Assembly: GCA_963664395.2 (NCBI GenBank)
Contig: OY761159.2
Span: 128,001 to 192,000, forward strand
Reading direction: 5' to 3'
Source of the DNA: Candidatus Binatia bacterium
Lineage (GTDB): Bacteria; Desulfobacterota; Binatia; Bin18
DNA: 64,000 bases
Of this stretch, positions 39,656 through 50,273 are shown piece after piece; position 1 is the stretch's first letter, and each line of letters starts with the position of its first letter. The notes under the pieces are model-generated. The model had not been told where the DNA came from and made no database searches. It saw only the letters and a program-made list of their open reading frames with translations. The translations under genes and the position numbers were made by a program.

Positions 39656-41479
39656 CTACGACCTCCCTAATGCACGTAATGCTTCGAGCCGCTGGCGTAC
39701 TCCCGCCTCGTCCCCGCGTTGCTCCGCCTCACGAATTTCTCGCTGAAGCCGGACTCGCTTGGATTTTTGTTGCACATTCTGGATTTTCTCGATGCAGTCC
39801 CACATCAATTGCTCGTGCGTAGCCGCGGTCTCTTCGGACTCTTCTTCAACAAGCAGTTTTGAGACATGGTCGGCTACCATTTTGGGCAGACGATCGAGAA
39901 ACGTTCCAATGTCGATGCTTGCCCTACCGGCTTGCGGGTCTTGCTGTGCGTGTTGCTGCCAGGCTTGAGCGATATCTGCGGCAACCTCTCCCCACTCTTG
40001 GAAGACGGCAATCAGATTCCGCTCACAGACATGCCGCACGACCTGACGGTCCAGGAGCATGAGTTGGACTAATTCCAATTCAGCCGAGGAGAGGTAGCCG
40101 GTCGGCACGGACGGCTGCCGGTCGGTAGGAAGAGCAGGGCGCCGAGGAGTCCGGTCCGGGCGCAGTCGGCGGAGTTCTTCTTCGTTCACCCCAAAACGCT
40201 GCGCCACCTGAGTCAGCAGCGCTCCTCGAGTTAAGGTGTCGGTCATGGGCGCCAAGACAGCGACGGCTTCTTTCGCCGCTTGGGCACGCTGAAAAGCCGA
40301 CGCCGCAGGAGCCGGGGCGTGTTGCGTAAAATAAAACTCCTCTAATGGCGGGGCCGTGTCGATCAGTTCTTCGAGCCCTTCCCGCCCATACGCTTGCCCG
40401 AACGAATCGGGGTCTTCCCCTTGGGGCAAGAAAATCCCTTTCCCTGTTAATCCGGCTTCAACACACAGCGGAAATGCTCGGGTAGCAGCCCGGCGACCGG
40501 CATCATCGCCGTCAAAAAAAATATATATGTCTGTCGAGAATCGTTTGAGCAACCGTAATTGCTCCAGTGTCAGGGCGGTCCCGAGTATCGCCACGGTCTC
40601 GTCAAAGCCACGTTGCACCAGCGAAAGGAGGTCTGTATACCCCTCAACAACGAGCACCCGGCCGGTATCTCGAATCGGCTCTTTGGCTTGGAAGAGACCG
40701 TACACAAGCGCCCCTTTCTTATACAGGGCCGACTCCGGCGAATTGAGATATTTGGGCTGTGGCCGCTCTCTGCCCGCGTCTCTCTGAGGGTCAGGAATCA
40801 GCCGGCCGCCAAATCCGACTGGCCGGCCGGTCACATCGGTGATAGGAAACATGAGGCGGTGGCGGAATTTATCGTACCAGCGCTGCTCGCCCGACCTGTT
40901 TCTCCCGTCCCGTCCGTCGCGTTCGCCGACAAGCCCCAGGGCGGCCGCTTTGTCCATAGGTGCCCGCCGGGCTGAAAGAAAACGGACCAGGGCGCTCCAA
41001 CCGACAGGAGCATAGCCCAACTGGAAGCGCTCGGCGACGTCCGTATGGATGCCGCGCTCAGCCATATAGCGTCGAGCCGCAACTCCGACATCATCGAGCA
41101 GGCAGCTGCGGAAGTAGGTCTTCGCCAGACTGTTAAGACGGTAGAGGCGTGCCTGTTCTCGCGTATGCGGATCGTCGGGTGCCTGCGGCAAAGAGACCCC
41201 GGCTTTTGCCGCGAGTCGCCGCACTGCTTCGGGAAAGGATAGGCCTTCAAGGCGGCATAAAAAAGTAAACGCGTTGCCTCCAGCCCCACAGCCAAAACAG
41301 TGAAAGAAGCCCCGCTCGTCGTTCACACTGAACGACGGAGTCTTTTCCTCATGGAACGGACACAAACCGGTATAATTCTTCCCCGCTTTGCGCAGGGACA
41401 CGTAGATAGAAATAACCTCAACGATGCTGATTCGGGTACGAATCTCAGTCAGGGTCTCTTCGGGGATGCTGTGTGCCAT
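39656..41479 (-). CDS. dnaG: DNA primase
   Basis: CPFHEEKTPSF..CFGC, RLMFPI, KYLNSPE, VEGYTD, FDGDDAG. Confidence 0.97.
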   Translation of the reverse strand: MAHSIPEETLTEIRTRISIVEVISIYVSLRKAGKNYTGLCPFHEEKTPSFSVNDERGFFHCFGCGAGGNAFTFLCRLEGLSFPEAVRRLAAKAGVSLPQAPDDPHTREQARLYRLNSLAKTYFRSCLLDDVGVAARRYMAERGIHTDVAERFQLGYAPVGWSALVRFLSARRAPMDKAAALGLVGERDGRDGRNRSGEQRWYDKFRHRLMFPITDVTGRPVGFGGRLIPDPQRDAGRERPQPKYLNSPESALYKKGALVYGLFQAKEPIRDTGRVLVVEGYTDLLSLVQRGFDETVAILGTALTLEQLRLLKRFSTDIYIFFDGDDAGRRAATRAFPLCVEAGLTGKGIFLPQGEDPDSFGQAYGREGLEELIDTAPPLEEFYFTQHAPAPAASAFQRAQAAKEAVAVLAPMTDTLTRGALLTQVAQRFGVNEEELRRLRPDRTPRRPALPTDRQPSVPTGYLSSAELELVQLMLLDRQVVRHVCERNLIAVFQEWGEVAADIAQAWQQHAQQDPQAGRASIDIGTFLDRLPKMVADHVSKLLVEEESEETAATHEQLMWDCIEKIQNVQQKSKRVRLQREIREAEQRGDEAGVRQRLEALRALGRS

Positions 41480-41522
41480 AGCGTTACTGAGTATCGCTGA
41501 GAACGGCGTAGCAAGGCTCCGG

Positions 41523-41555
41523 AAAAGAAAACACCCACCTTCTTGAAGTGGGTGT
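41523..41555 (-). terminator. Rho-independent terminator between rpsU and dnaG
   Basis: Minus strand ACACCCAC-TTCAAGAAG-GTGGGTGT followed by TTTCTTTT. Confidence 0.75.
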
Positions 41556-41595
41556 CTCTCAGTCAATCGTCACTCACACAATACTACACATCGGC

Positions 41596-41793
41596 TTAAT
41601 ACATGGATCGACTTGCTCGGCGTAACGCACGTTTTCGTGCAGCAATGGCTTTTCGCTTACGACGGACACTCGGCTTTTCGTAGTGTTCGCGTTTCTTCAA
41701 CTCTTGCAGAATACCCGCCTTTTCACACTGCTTTTTAAAACGGCGAATTGCACTTTCAATGGGCTCGTTATCTTTAACTCGTACACCTGCCAT
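41596..41793 (-). CDS. rpsU: 30S ribosomal protein S21
   Basis: [32 protein letters not shown]. Confidence 0.98.
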   Translation of the reverse strand: MAGVRVKDNEPIESAIRRFKKQCEKAGILQELKKREHYEKPSVRRKRKAIAARKRALRRASRSMY

Positions 41794-41849
41794 GCGGCTT
41801 GCTCACCCCCTCCCAACTGGGGACCCTTCGTTTGATTACTTTTCTATCC

Positions 41850-41877
41850 AGCTTAGGGATTTCCCTCGGAAAGTCAA
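41850..41877 (-). promoter_or_regulatory. Putative sigma70 promoter for rpsU
   Basis: Minus strand TTGACT-16 nt-TAAGCT; a divergent TTGACA lies at 41899 on the plus strand. Confidence 0.45.
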
Positions 41878-41961
41878 GAGATTGAGGGACTTACGGACTT
41901 GACAGGCAAACCACCCCTGCGCTAAGGAGGCCCCAGAGATATACTAAAGGAGGTCCATTCC

Positions 41962-42747
41962 ATGGAGTTCAAAGAAGTTATTGGCCGGCGTCGCTCTATT
42001 CGCTACTTCCTCCCCTATCGTCCGGTTGAGCGGGAAAAAATTCAAACCATTATGGAGGCAACGCGTCTCTCGTCCTGCGCGGTCAATGCTTCATTTCTCC
42101 GGGCGATCGTGGTGGAACGCGACAAACTCTCCCCCGAAGATCTGGAAGCGCTCAAGGTTCCCACAACGACACTCCAGCTCGACATGGCTCCAGTGCATAT
42201 CTACTTCTACGGCAATCTCAATGCGATTCAGGAAAGCCACGGGCAGACCTTAAAAGAACTCTTTGATGTGGGGGCTCTCAATCCAACCCACGGGTGGAGT
42301 CATAAATTCATTGAAGAGACCGTATGGGCGCAAATTTTAGATCCGATTTCAAAGGACCCCAATATTAATCCCATTGCGGTGTCCATGGACAGTGGAGTCG
42401 CCATGAACCAAGCCCTCCTGACCGCGTTCGACGAAGGCTTGGGCGCACTCCTCACCGCTTTTAATGCGGAAAAGGCTAAAGAAGTGTTTAAGGTTCCAGA
42501 CCATTTTATGCCGCTCTACGCCATGCTTATCGGCTATCCTGCTGAATCCTGGGAGGCGGGTGGACAACGGCCGCGCCCCGCGTTTGAAAGCCTGTATTTT
42601 GAGGGAGAATATGGCGTGCCGATGAAACGTGACCCGGCCGTCGTCGAGCAGCTCAAACACGATAATATGATCCAGGAACCCGCGCCGCTCCCCTGGCGTA
42701 AGGATGAGGTCCGGGCGCTCTCCCGTATGTTTGGCCTGCCTGAGTGA
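41962..42747 (+). CDS. Nitroreductase family protein
   Basis: IGRRRSIRYF, LLTAFDEGLG, LIGYPAE; AAGGAGG RBS. Confidence 0.88.
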   Translation: MEFKEVIGRRRSIRYFLPYRPVEREKIQTIMEATRLSSCAVNASFLRAIVVERDKLSPEDLEALKVPTTTLQLDMAPVHIYFYGNLNAIQESHGQTLKELFDVGALNPTHGWSHKFIEETVWAQILDPISKDPNINPIAVSMDSGVAMNQALLTAFDEGLGALLTAFNAEKAKEVFKVPDHFMPLYAMLIGYPAESWEAGGQRPRPAFESLYFEGEYGVPMKRDPAVVEQLKHDNMIQEPAPLPWRKDEVRALSRMFGLPE

Positions 42748-42873
42748 GGTGGGGCATCCAGGACGGCAACCGTCCTGGAACTCCCAAGAAAGAGGTATTG
42801 TACGCAAACCCCACGTCTTTCCTTTCCCTCCCATATTCGCGAGCAGCTCAACCGTATCCAACCGTTTTCTATC

Positions 42874-44865
42874 ATGGCGCAGGCCTGTGCCGTAGGTATT
42901 ATCACAGGCTGTGGCGCTATTGGGTACGATGCGCTGATTCATCTGGTCCAGTGGGTTGCGCTGAGCTCAGACGACCATCCACTCCATGTGCTTCCTGAGT
43001 TACCCTGGTATCGCATTCTTTTCGTTCCAACACTCGGCGGATTGGCTGTCGGGCTGGTCACTTTTCTTCGTTCGCGGGACGCGCAAGGACACGGTGTCCC
43101 GGAAGTCATCGAGTCGGTCGCCTTGGGGAATGGCAAGTTTCGCTGGCAGACGGCCCTCGTCAAATCCGTTTCCTCTGCCCTCACTATTGGTTCCGGCGGC
43201 TCAGTCGGACGCGAGGGGCCCATCGTCCATATCGGAGCCTCGCTTGGCTCTATCCTCGGCCAACTGCTCAAAGTGCCCCCCAATCGACTGCCAACCTTGG
43301 CCGGCTGTGGTGTCGCGGGTGGTATCGCGGCGGTTTTCAATGCGCCTATTGCGGGTGCCTTTTTTGCCCTTGAAGTCGTGATTGGCAATTTCGCCATGAC
43401 GGCCTTTGGCCCCGTGATGTTGTCCTCCGTCCTCGCCACGGTTGTGAGTCGGGCCTATTTTGGCGATCATCCCGCGTTTGTGGTTCCCGCCTATACGCTG
43501 CTCAGCACCTGGGAGCTGCCGTTCTATCTCGGGCTCGGCATTGGCATTGTGTGTGGCCTGGGCGGGCTGGCCTTTATGTTCATCCTGGATCATCTGGAAA
43601 AAGGAGCCGAAAAAATCACACTGCCGCAGACGATCAAGCCAGCGCTGGGCGGGTTCCTGGTCGGCTGTCTGATTCTTGTTGCCCCGCACGTATACGGCAC
43701 GGGCCACGGAACAATGGATATCATTCTGCGTGGTGGCCTGGACTGGTCATATTTACTGCTGCTCTTCCCTCTCAAAATAGGGGCAACCAGCCTGACCCTG
43801 GCGTCAGGTGGCTCAGGTGGACTTTTTTTCCCGGCGCTCTACCTCGGCGCAGTATTAGGCAGCCTGTGTGGTGTGATCGCTGGCGCAGTCTTTCCCACGA
43901 TTACCGGTCCGAGCGGAGGCTACGCACTGGTCGGCATGGCCGCCTTCTTGGCCAGCGTGGTCCACTGTCCGATCACCGCCTTTTTGCTGCTCTTCGAGAT
44001 TACCACTGACTATCAGATTATCCTGCCGCTTATGGTTAGTTGTACGGTGAGCACCGTGGTCGCCAAACTCTTTCGGGAAGAGTCGATTTACACCTTACAA
44101 CTCTTACGGCGCGGCATTGACATCAGGCGGCGCGAACAAACTCTGATGCAAGGTTTTACAGTCGGGCAGGTCATGCGCCCAGAGCCACCAACCTTCGGAG
44201 AAGGAGCCCCCTTCTCCGATGTCATGGACCATTTCCTGGCCAGCACGCTGCCGCTGAGCTTTGTGGTTGATGAGGAGCGTCACCTCCTTGGTATCATCTC
44301 TATTCACGACGTGAAGGCGACCCTTCAGGATGACAGCCTGGCACCGCTGGTCGTGGCGGTTGACTTGGCCCAGCCGCCGGACACTGTCACAACCGCGCAA
44401 GAAACGCTGGCCCGCTGCCTCGAAAAGTTCAGCCTGAGTGATCAGGAATACTTACCCGTTCTTTCAGTTGATCAGAAGTTGGAAGGGTCATCTCGCGGCG
44501 CGATGTGTTGGAGCTCTATAATCGAGAGATCTTACGCAGCGAATACCTCGGCGTCAGTCTGCGGTCCGAAGCCCTCACCGAGATGGCCCACCAACAGGTC
44601 CATCTGCCACATGAATATGTCGTCGAAGTCGTTCAAGTCCCCCCACCGCTCGTTGGGAAAACATTGGGCGAGTCACAGCTGCGCAGTCGGTTTAATGTGA
44701 CGGCTATCGCAATGCGCCGTGGGGGCTTCTACGGTCCGGACGAACTCCCCGACCCCGGACAAACCCTTACGCCAAGAAGACTATCTTGTCCTGGTTGGGA
44801 GTGCAGAGCATTTCCGTCGATTAACAGCTATAGCAGAGAAGACGACGCACGCAGCAGACTCATAG
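42874..44865 (+). pseudogene. ClC chloride channel + CBS pair + TrkA-C, with two frameshifts (about 44487 and 44762)
   Basis: GHGVPE, GREGP, FNAPIAG, SIYT. Adding one G to GAAGGGTCATC and removing one A from CAAACCC restores colinearity with the downstream paralog, ending at TAG near 44865. Start uncertain. Confidence 0.75.
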
Positions 44866-44887
44866 GCTGCCCCTGAGATCAAATCAT

Positions 44888-46984
44888 GTGCAGAGAAGAA
44901 CAACACACTCCAAACCTGCTCCGTCGGATATGGGGACTATGCTCATAGCGTGGCGCACGCACCTCACAGCCTTCTTCCAAAGCAGTCAAGAGGGACTCAC
45001 GATTGTCTTAGCCTGCGGGGTCGGTCTGCTGGTCGGTGTCGCAGCCATTGCCTTTCACGAATTGCTCCATTTGGTACAACGGATCGCCCTTGGCAGCGAT
45101 TCGCCCCTCTCGGCTCTCCCTACCCTTCCCTGGTATTGGAAAGTTGGACTTCCTGCCCTTGGTGGGGCGCTGGTTGCTCCAATCGTCTATAAGTGGGCGG
45201 TTGAGGCCAAAGGGCATGGCGTCCCTGAGGTGATGGAAGCCGTTGCTCTCCGGGGAGGGATTATGCGAGCGCGGGTGGCCTTTGCCAAAGCGCTTGCCTC
45301 CGCGATCACCATTGGAATGGGAGGATCAACCGGACGAGAAGGTCCGGTTATTCAAATCGGGTCGGCCATAGGTTCGACGTGTGGACAAATCCTCCATCTC
45401 TCCCCTGAGCGCATCCGCACCCTCGTCGGCTGTGGGGCGGCGGGCGGAATCGCCGCCACCTTTAATGCGCCTATTGCCGGAGCATTTTTTGCACTCGAAG
45501 TGATTATGGGGAATTTTTCCATTCCGGCGTTCGCGCCGATCGTGCTCTCCTCGGTGTTAGCCACCGTCGTATCCCGGGCCTATCTGGGGGACTCGCCGGC
45601 ATTCGTGGTGCCGGAGTACACGTTGGTTCACTATGCAGAGGTCCCGCTGTATGCCGTCCTCGGCATGCTGATGGGCCTGGTGGCGGTGGTGTTTATCTGG
45701 GCGCTGTATAAAAGCGAAGACCTGTTTGAGCGGAGCCCGATTCCTCCTTTAGCCAGAACAACCGTTGGGGGCTTGTGTGTGGGCGGCCTCCTGCTTATCG
45801 CGCCGGAGGTATACGGAACCGGCTTTGAAGCCATGTATCGCCTCCTGCACGAGACCATCGAATGGCAGATTCTGATCTTCCTCTTTTTGCTCAAGCTCCT
45901 CGCGACCTGCACAACCTTGGGGTCTGGAGCCTCAGGCGGGATTTTCTCCCCGTCGCTCTTTCTTGGCGTTGTTGCCGGGGGCCTCTTCGGGCAACTCGTC
46001 CACTTCGTCTTTCCAGGCGTCACCGCCACGCCAGAAGCCTATGCCATGATTGGCATGGGCGCAGTCGTTGCCGGAACAACACATGCACCGGTGACCGCCA
46101 TTCTCATACTGTTTGAGTTAACCGAAGGCTACCAGATTATTCTGCCGGTTATGATTGCGTGTACCCTGAGTACAGTGACTGCCCGGTATCTCCAGCCTCA
46201 TTCGATCTATACACTCAAACTTGCGCGCCGTGGCATTTCACTCTCATTGGGTCGAGAAGAGACCGTCATGCGCTCTTTTCACGTCGCAGATGTCATGCAT
46301 ACCCCAGCGCCAACGCTTGCGGACGATGCCGCATTTCAGCAGGTCGTCGGGCGCGTACTCGGCTCACACGATCCGTACTATTATACCGTCAGCCCCGGTG
46401 ACCACCTCACCGGTGTGATTTCGTTGCACGATATTAAAGCCCTCCTCAACGAAGGCGGGCTTGATGGTCTCGTCGTTGCCCGCGACATGGCGCGCCCGGT
46501 CCATACCGTAGCCCATACGCAAGAACCACTGACAGATTGCTTACGCAAATTCCGAGAGACCCAGCTTGATTGTTTACCGGTCACCGCAGATAAGACCAGC
46601 ACCCAGGTCATTGGCGTTGTCACCCAGACCGACCTGCTTGAGTTATACGACCGGGAAGTCCTGCGCAAAGAATTTCTCGGGACGCTGCCGACCCCGACTT
46701 CACAGGATGAAGGGACGCTGGCCATGCCGTCCCAATATACGGTCCTCGCCCTGCCAGTCCCCGCTGCTTTTAGAGACAAAACCATACGGGAACTCGACCT
46801 GCGCGTCCGCTATGGAACAACAGTACTGGCCATCCGCAACAAGACTGCGTCCAGCTATGAAGATCGCCTTCCCCAGCCGGACCAGCCGCTCCGGGAAGAC
46901 GAGACGCTCATCCTGGCCGGTCCGAGGGAGGATATGACACGGCTCCAACAGGAGACTCAGGCCTCCCGCTCAGGCTTGGATTAG
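44888..46984 (+). CDS. ClC chloride channel + CBS pair + TrkA-C (RCK_C) domain
   Basis: GHGVPE, GREGP, GGIFSP, SIYT, CBS motifs, KTIRELDLRVRYGTTVLAI. Confidence 0.92.
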   Translation: MQRRTTHSKPAPSDMGTMLIAWRTHLTAFFQSSQEGLTIVLACGVGLLVGVAAIAFHELLHLVQRIALGSDSPLSALPTLPWYWKVGLPALGGALVAPIVYKWAVEAKGHGVPEVMEAVALRGGIMRARVAFAKALASAITIGMGGSTGREGPVIQIGSAIGSTCGQILHLSPERIRTLVGCGAAGGIAATFNAPIAGAFFALEVIMGNFSIPAFAPIVLSSVLATVVSRAYLGDSPAFVVPEYTLVHYAEVPLYAVLGMLMGLVAVVFIWALYKSEDLFERSPIPPLARTTVGGLCVGGLLLIAPEVYGTGFEAMYRLLHETIEWQILIFLFLLKLLATCTTLGSGASGGIFSPSLFLGVVAGGLFGQLVHFVFPGVTATPEAYAMIGMGAVVAGTTHAPVTAILILFELTEGYQIILPVMIACTLSTVTARYLQPHSIYTLKLARRGISLSLGREETVMRSFHVADVMHTPAPTLADDAAFQQVVGRVLGSHDPYYYTVSPGDHLTGVISLHDIKALLNEGGLDGLVVARDMARPVHTVAHTQEPLTDCLRKFRETQLDCLPVTADKTSTQVIGVVTQTDLLELYDREVLRKEFLGTLPTPTSQDEGTLAMPSQYTVLALPVPAAFRDKTIRELDLRVRYGTTVLAIRNKTASSYEDRLPQPDQPLREDETLILAGPREDMTRLQQETQASRSGLD

Positions 46985-47038
46985 CCCCAGGTCTCCGTGT
47001 GTCCATGCTCCACAGGGCGAGGCACTGCTCGTATCAGG

Positions 47039-49336
47039 TCAGGGGACGGCAGACAGCGGCAGCGTCGTGGCAATCTGCTTCGCAAATATACCCGGATCAG
47101 CCGTAGGCAAGGCGCAGACGTGCTGTTCGCACACGTAGGCCGTCACCTTGCCTTTAATTGCCCTCTTCGCCTCAAGCCACGGAACGACCTGCTGGTGCGT
47201 AGCTAACTCGTCTCCCTGGGTCACAATAGAGACGACCCGGTTCGGCAGGAAGTGCCTGCGCAGTTGCGCCAGTAAAGGCTCAACAGTGTCGTCTGGTGAC
47301 GCTTTGACTATCGCAATTTCCTTGGGGCGGTCCAAAGAAAAATCAAGAGCGCTGAGCATGCGTGGCATGCTTGTTGGGCGCTGCTTCAATCCTGAAGCAA
47401 CGACTTTGAAGCAGCGCTGCGCGTGCTGGCGATAGCTATCGTTCGTTGTCCATTCCGCGAGCCGCAGAAGGTTGTGCGCAGCCACCGCATTGCCCGAGGG
47501 CTCAGCTCCGTCGTACGAAGGCTTTTCACGGGCGAGCAGTTGCTCTGCATCATCTGCGGTCAGGAAATAGCCCCCACTCTTGCTATCCCAGAAGTGGGTG
47601 TCCAGTACCGCTTGCAAAGCAATCGCTTCTTGCAGCCAGCGCAGTTCAAATGTGGCCTCGTATAGGTCAAGCAGGCCCGCAATGAGAAAGGCATAATCAT
47701 CAAGGTAGGCGGCCCCGGCGATTATTGTCCCCAGCGCACTGCGTCGCAGCCGCCCATCTCGTTTCATCTGGGTCAGAAGAAACGCGGCGGCTTGCGTTGC
47801 CCGCGTTGCATAGCGTGGGACATTCAAGACGTGGGCCCCCTTTGCAAAAGCCGAAATGACGAGTCCGTTCCATGCAACAAGCACTTTGGTATCCGTATGG
47901 GGTGCAATGCGCTTCTGTCTTGCTCGGTAGAGAATATCCCGAGCGGCTTGAAGTTCACGCTGCGCCTGGTCCAGGGTGAGATCGAGTTCTTTTGCCGCAG
48001 TATCAAGCGGGCGGGCAACATGAAGAATATTCGCAGCTTCAAAATTTCCCGGCAGCGTAACGCCATAATGAGCCTGGACCAGCTGGAGCTGTTTTTGACT
48101 CAGGAGGGGGGCGAGTTCGGGCAGCGTCCAGAGAAAGAATTTTCCTTCTTCGCCCGCACTATCGGCATCCGTAGCCGAGTAGAACCCCCCGCCTGGAGCA
48201 CTCATCTCACGGTCGAGATAATCCAGGACCTCCCGCGCGACGCGAGCAAAATCTTCACGCTGCGTCACCTGATAGCCTTCAAGATAGGCCACTACGAGCA
48301 GGGCGTTGTCATACAGCATTTTCTCAAAATGCGGCACGAGCCATTTTTGATCCGTTGCATAGCGATGGAATCCTCCCCCGACCTGGTCATATATCCCACC
48401 GGCCGCCATGGCCTCTAAGGTCTTCACCACCATGTCCCGAACCTCGGGATCATTGGTCCGGCGACTATAGCGCAAGAGGAATTCCAACGTGACACTCCGC
48501 GGAAATTTCGGCGCCTTGCCAAAGCCACCGTACTGCGTATCAAAACGTGCTTTGAAATGTTCAGCCGCCTGGGTCAAAGCGGTCTGGGTTGGATGCTCAT
48601 TGAGCACCTCCGGTACAACGGCAGCTTGGATATTTTGGGTCAGGTTCTTCGTCACCGCGGCCACTTGGTGCGGCTCTTTGTGATACACCTCCTGCAATCG
48701 GGCCAGCAGGGTTGAAAAGCCAGCCGGCTGCCCGCGCATGCCATCACGCGGCGGGAAGTAGGTGCCTCCGTAGAAGGGCCGGCGGTCAGGGGTGAGCCAC
48801 ACGGTCATGGGCCAGCCGCCCCGGCCGGTCAACATTTGTACGGCAGTCATATAGATGCCGTCCAAGTCCGGCCGTTGTTCGCGGTCAACTTTGACCGCGA
48901 TATAGTGGCGGTTCATGTATTCGGCGATAGCACTGTCCTCAAAAGACTCCCGCTCCATCACGTGGCACCAGTGACAGGTCGAATAGCCTATAGACAGGAG
49001 GACGGGTTTGTTCTCCTTTTTTGCCCGGGCGAAGGCTGCATCTCCCCACGGGTACCAATTGACCGGATTGTGGGCGTGCTGGAGAAGATACGGACTTGGT
49101 TCAAGGATAAGCCGGTTCGTATACTGCGGACGACCATCTTCAAAGAGATGCTGGGTCCGGGGCGTATACGCTTCCCCCTTCGCTTGGAGTGCCCGGTCAA
49201 GCTGTTCCCGAACCGCCGCTGGAAACGGCTCCAGGCCGGGCAGCGCTGTGGGCGTGGTTTCTGCCAGGGCCTGGGTCAGGAGGAGGAGGCTCGCTCCGAT
49301 GACTCCGTAGTATATGATCCGCATGGAAATCCTCAC
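47039..49336 (-). CDS. YyaL/SSP411-type thioredoxin-domain protein (DUF255) with signal peptide
   Basis: [47 protein letters not shown]; start may be ATG 49324. Confidence 0.93.
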   Translation of the reverse strand: MRISMRIIYYGVIGASLLLLTQALAETTPTALPGLEPFPAAVREQLDRALQAKGEAYTPRTQHLFEDGRPQYTNRLILEPSPYLLQHAHNPVNWYPWGDAAFARAKKENKPVLLSIGYSTCHWCHVMERESFEDSAIAEYMNRHYIAVKVDREQRPDLDGIYMTAVQMLTGRGGWPMTVWLTPDRRPFYGGTYFPPRDGMRGQPAGFSTLLARLQEVYHKEPHQVAAVTKNLTQNIQAAVVPEVLNEHPTQTALTQAAEHFKARFDTQYGGFGKAPKFPRSVTLEFLLRYSRRTNDPEVRDMVVKTLEAMAAGGIYDQVGGGFHRYATDQKWLVPHFEKMLYDNALLVVAYLEGYQVTQREDFARVAREVLDYLDREMSAPGGGFYSATDADSAGEEGKFFLWTLPELAPLLSQKQLQLVQAHYGVTLPGNFEAANILHVARPLDTAAKELDLTLDQAQRELQAARDILYRARQKRIAPHTDTKVLVAWNGLVISAFAKGAHVLNVPRYATRATQAAAFLLTQMKRDGRLRRSALGTIIAGAAYLDDYAFLIAGLLDLYEATFELRWLQEAIALQAVLDTHFWDSKSGGYFLTADDAEQLLAREKPSYDGAEPSGNAVAAHNLLRLAEWTTNDSYRQHAQRCFKVVASGLKQRPTSMPRMLSALDFSLDRPKEIAIVKASPDDTVEPLLAQLRRHFLPNRVVSIVTQGDELATHQQVVPWLEAKRAIKGKVTAYVCEQHVCALPTADPGIFAKQIATTLPLSAVP

Positions 49337-49416
49337 TCTCGATTATTCGTTTCACAGGGGAAATAGTACGTTTTGCTACTGGCTCTCACCCACAGTCTAT
49401 ACTAGAATGGCTGCGC

Positions 49417-50235
49417 ATGACTGCTGAGATCAGCACCGCGGCGTCCTCTCGCAAGACAACCGCCCATATGTCTGCGAACAGTCGTCCTGCCTGGACGCCC
49501 CTCCTCTCCGTCATTATCCCGGTCTATAACGAGGTCGAAACAATCTATGAACTCTTAAGGCGGGTTGCCCGCACTCCCTTTCCCAAAGAAATCTTTGTCG
49601 TTGATGACAACTCGACTGATGGTACCCGAGAATTACTCCGGGAGCTGCCCGACATCATGCGGCTGCTCGATGGCAGCCCGCTGTCTGCTCCGTGTCGGCT
49701 GAAAGCCCTGTTTCACGCGACCAATCAGGGTAAGGGCCAGGCCGTCCGGACCGCCTTACGTCACGTCACCGGCTCTTTCGTGCTGATCCAGGATGCCGAC
49801 CTCGAATACTCTCCCGCCGATTATCCCCAACTGCTCACCCCGCTCCTGACCGGCCAGGCCGATGTGGTGTATGGATCGCGCTTTCTGGATTCCCCGGCCG
49901 GTTCGTTCTCCTGGCATACGGCCACCAACAAGGTCCTGACGACGCTCTCCAATATCTGCACCCACCTCCAACTGACCGACATGGAAACCTGTTATAAAGC
50001 CTTCCGCTCCGATGTGTTACAGGGTCTCACACTCCGTTCAAAACGCTTCGGATTTGAACCTGAAATTACCGCTAGAATCGCTCGTGGTGGAGTCCGCATC
50101 TGTGAGGTCCCGATCTCATACAGTCCACGCACCTATGCAGAAGGCAAGAAGATCCGTTGGCAGGACGGTTTTGTCGCTCTGTGGACAATTCTCCGCTGCC
50201 ATATGCTTGAAGCCGATGAGAGAGTAGAGATGTAA
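49417..50235 (+). CDS. Glycosyltransferase family 2 (DPM1-like)
   Basis: SVIIPVYNE, VDDNSTDGT, QDADLEY, TDMETCYK, FGFEPE. Confidence 0.93.
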   Translation: MTAEISTAASSRKTTAHMSANSRPAWTPLLSVIIPVYNEVETIYELLRRVARTPFPKEIFVVDDNSTDGTRELLRELPDIMRLLDGSPLSAPCRLKALFHATNQGKGQAVRTALRHVTGSFVLIQDADLEYSPADYPQLLTPLLTGQADVVYGSRFLDSPAGSFSWHTATNKVLTTLSNICTHLQLTDMETCYKAFRSDVLQGLTLRSKRFGFEPEITARIARGGVRICEVPISYSPRTYAEGKKIRWQDGFVALWTILRCHMLEADERVEM

Positions 50236-50273
50236 CCACGCGGTTGGGCCTCGCGAGCCGTTCCCAAGCCCGG

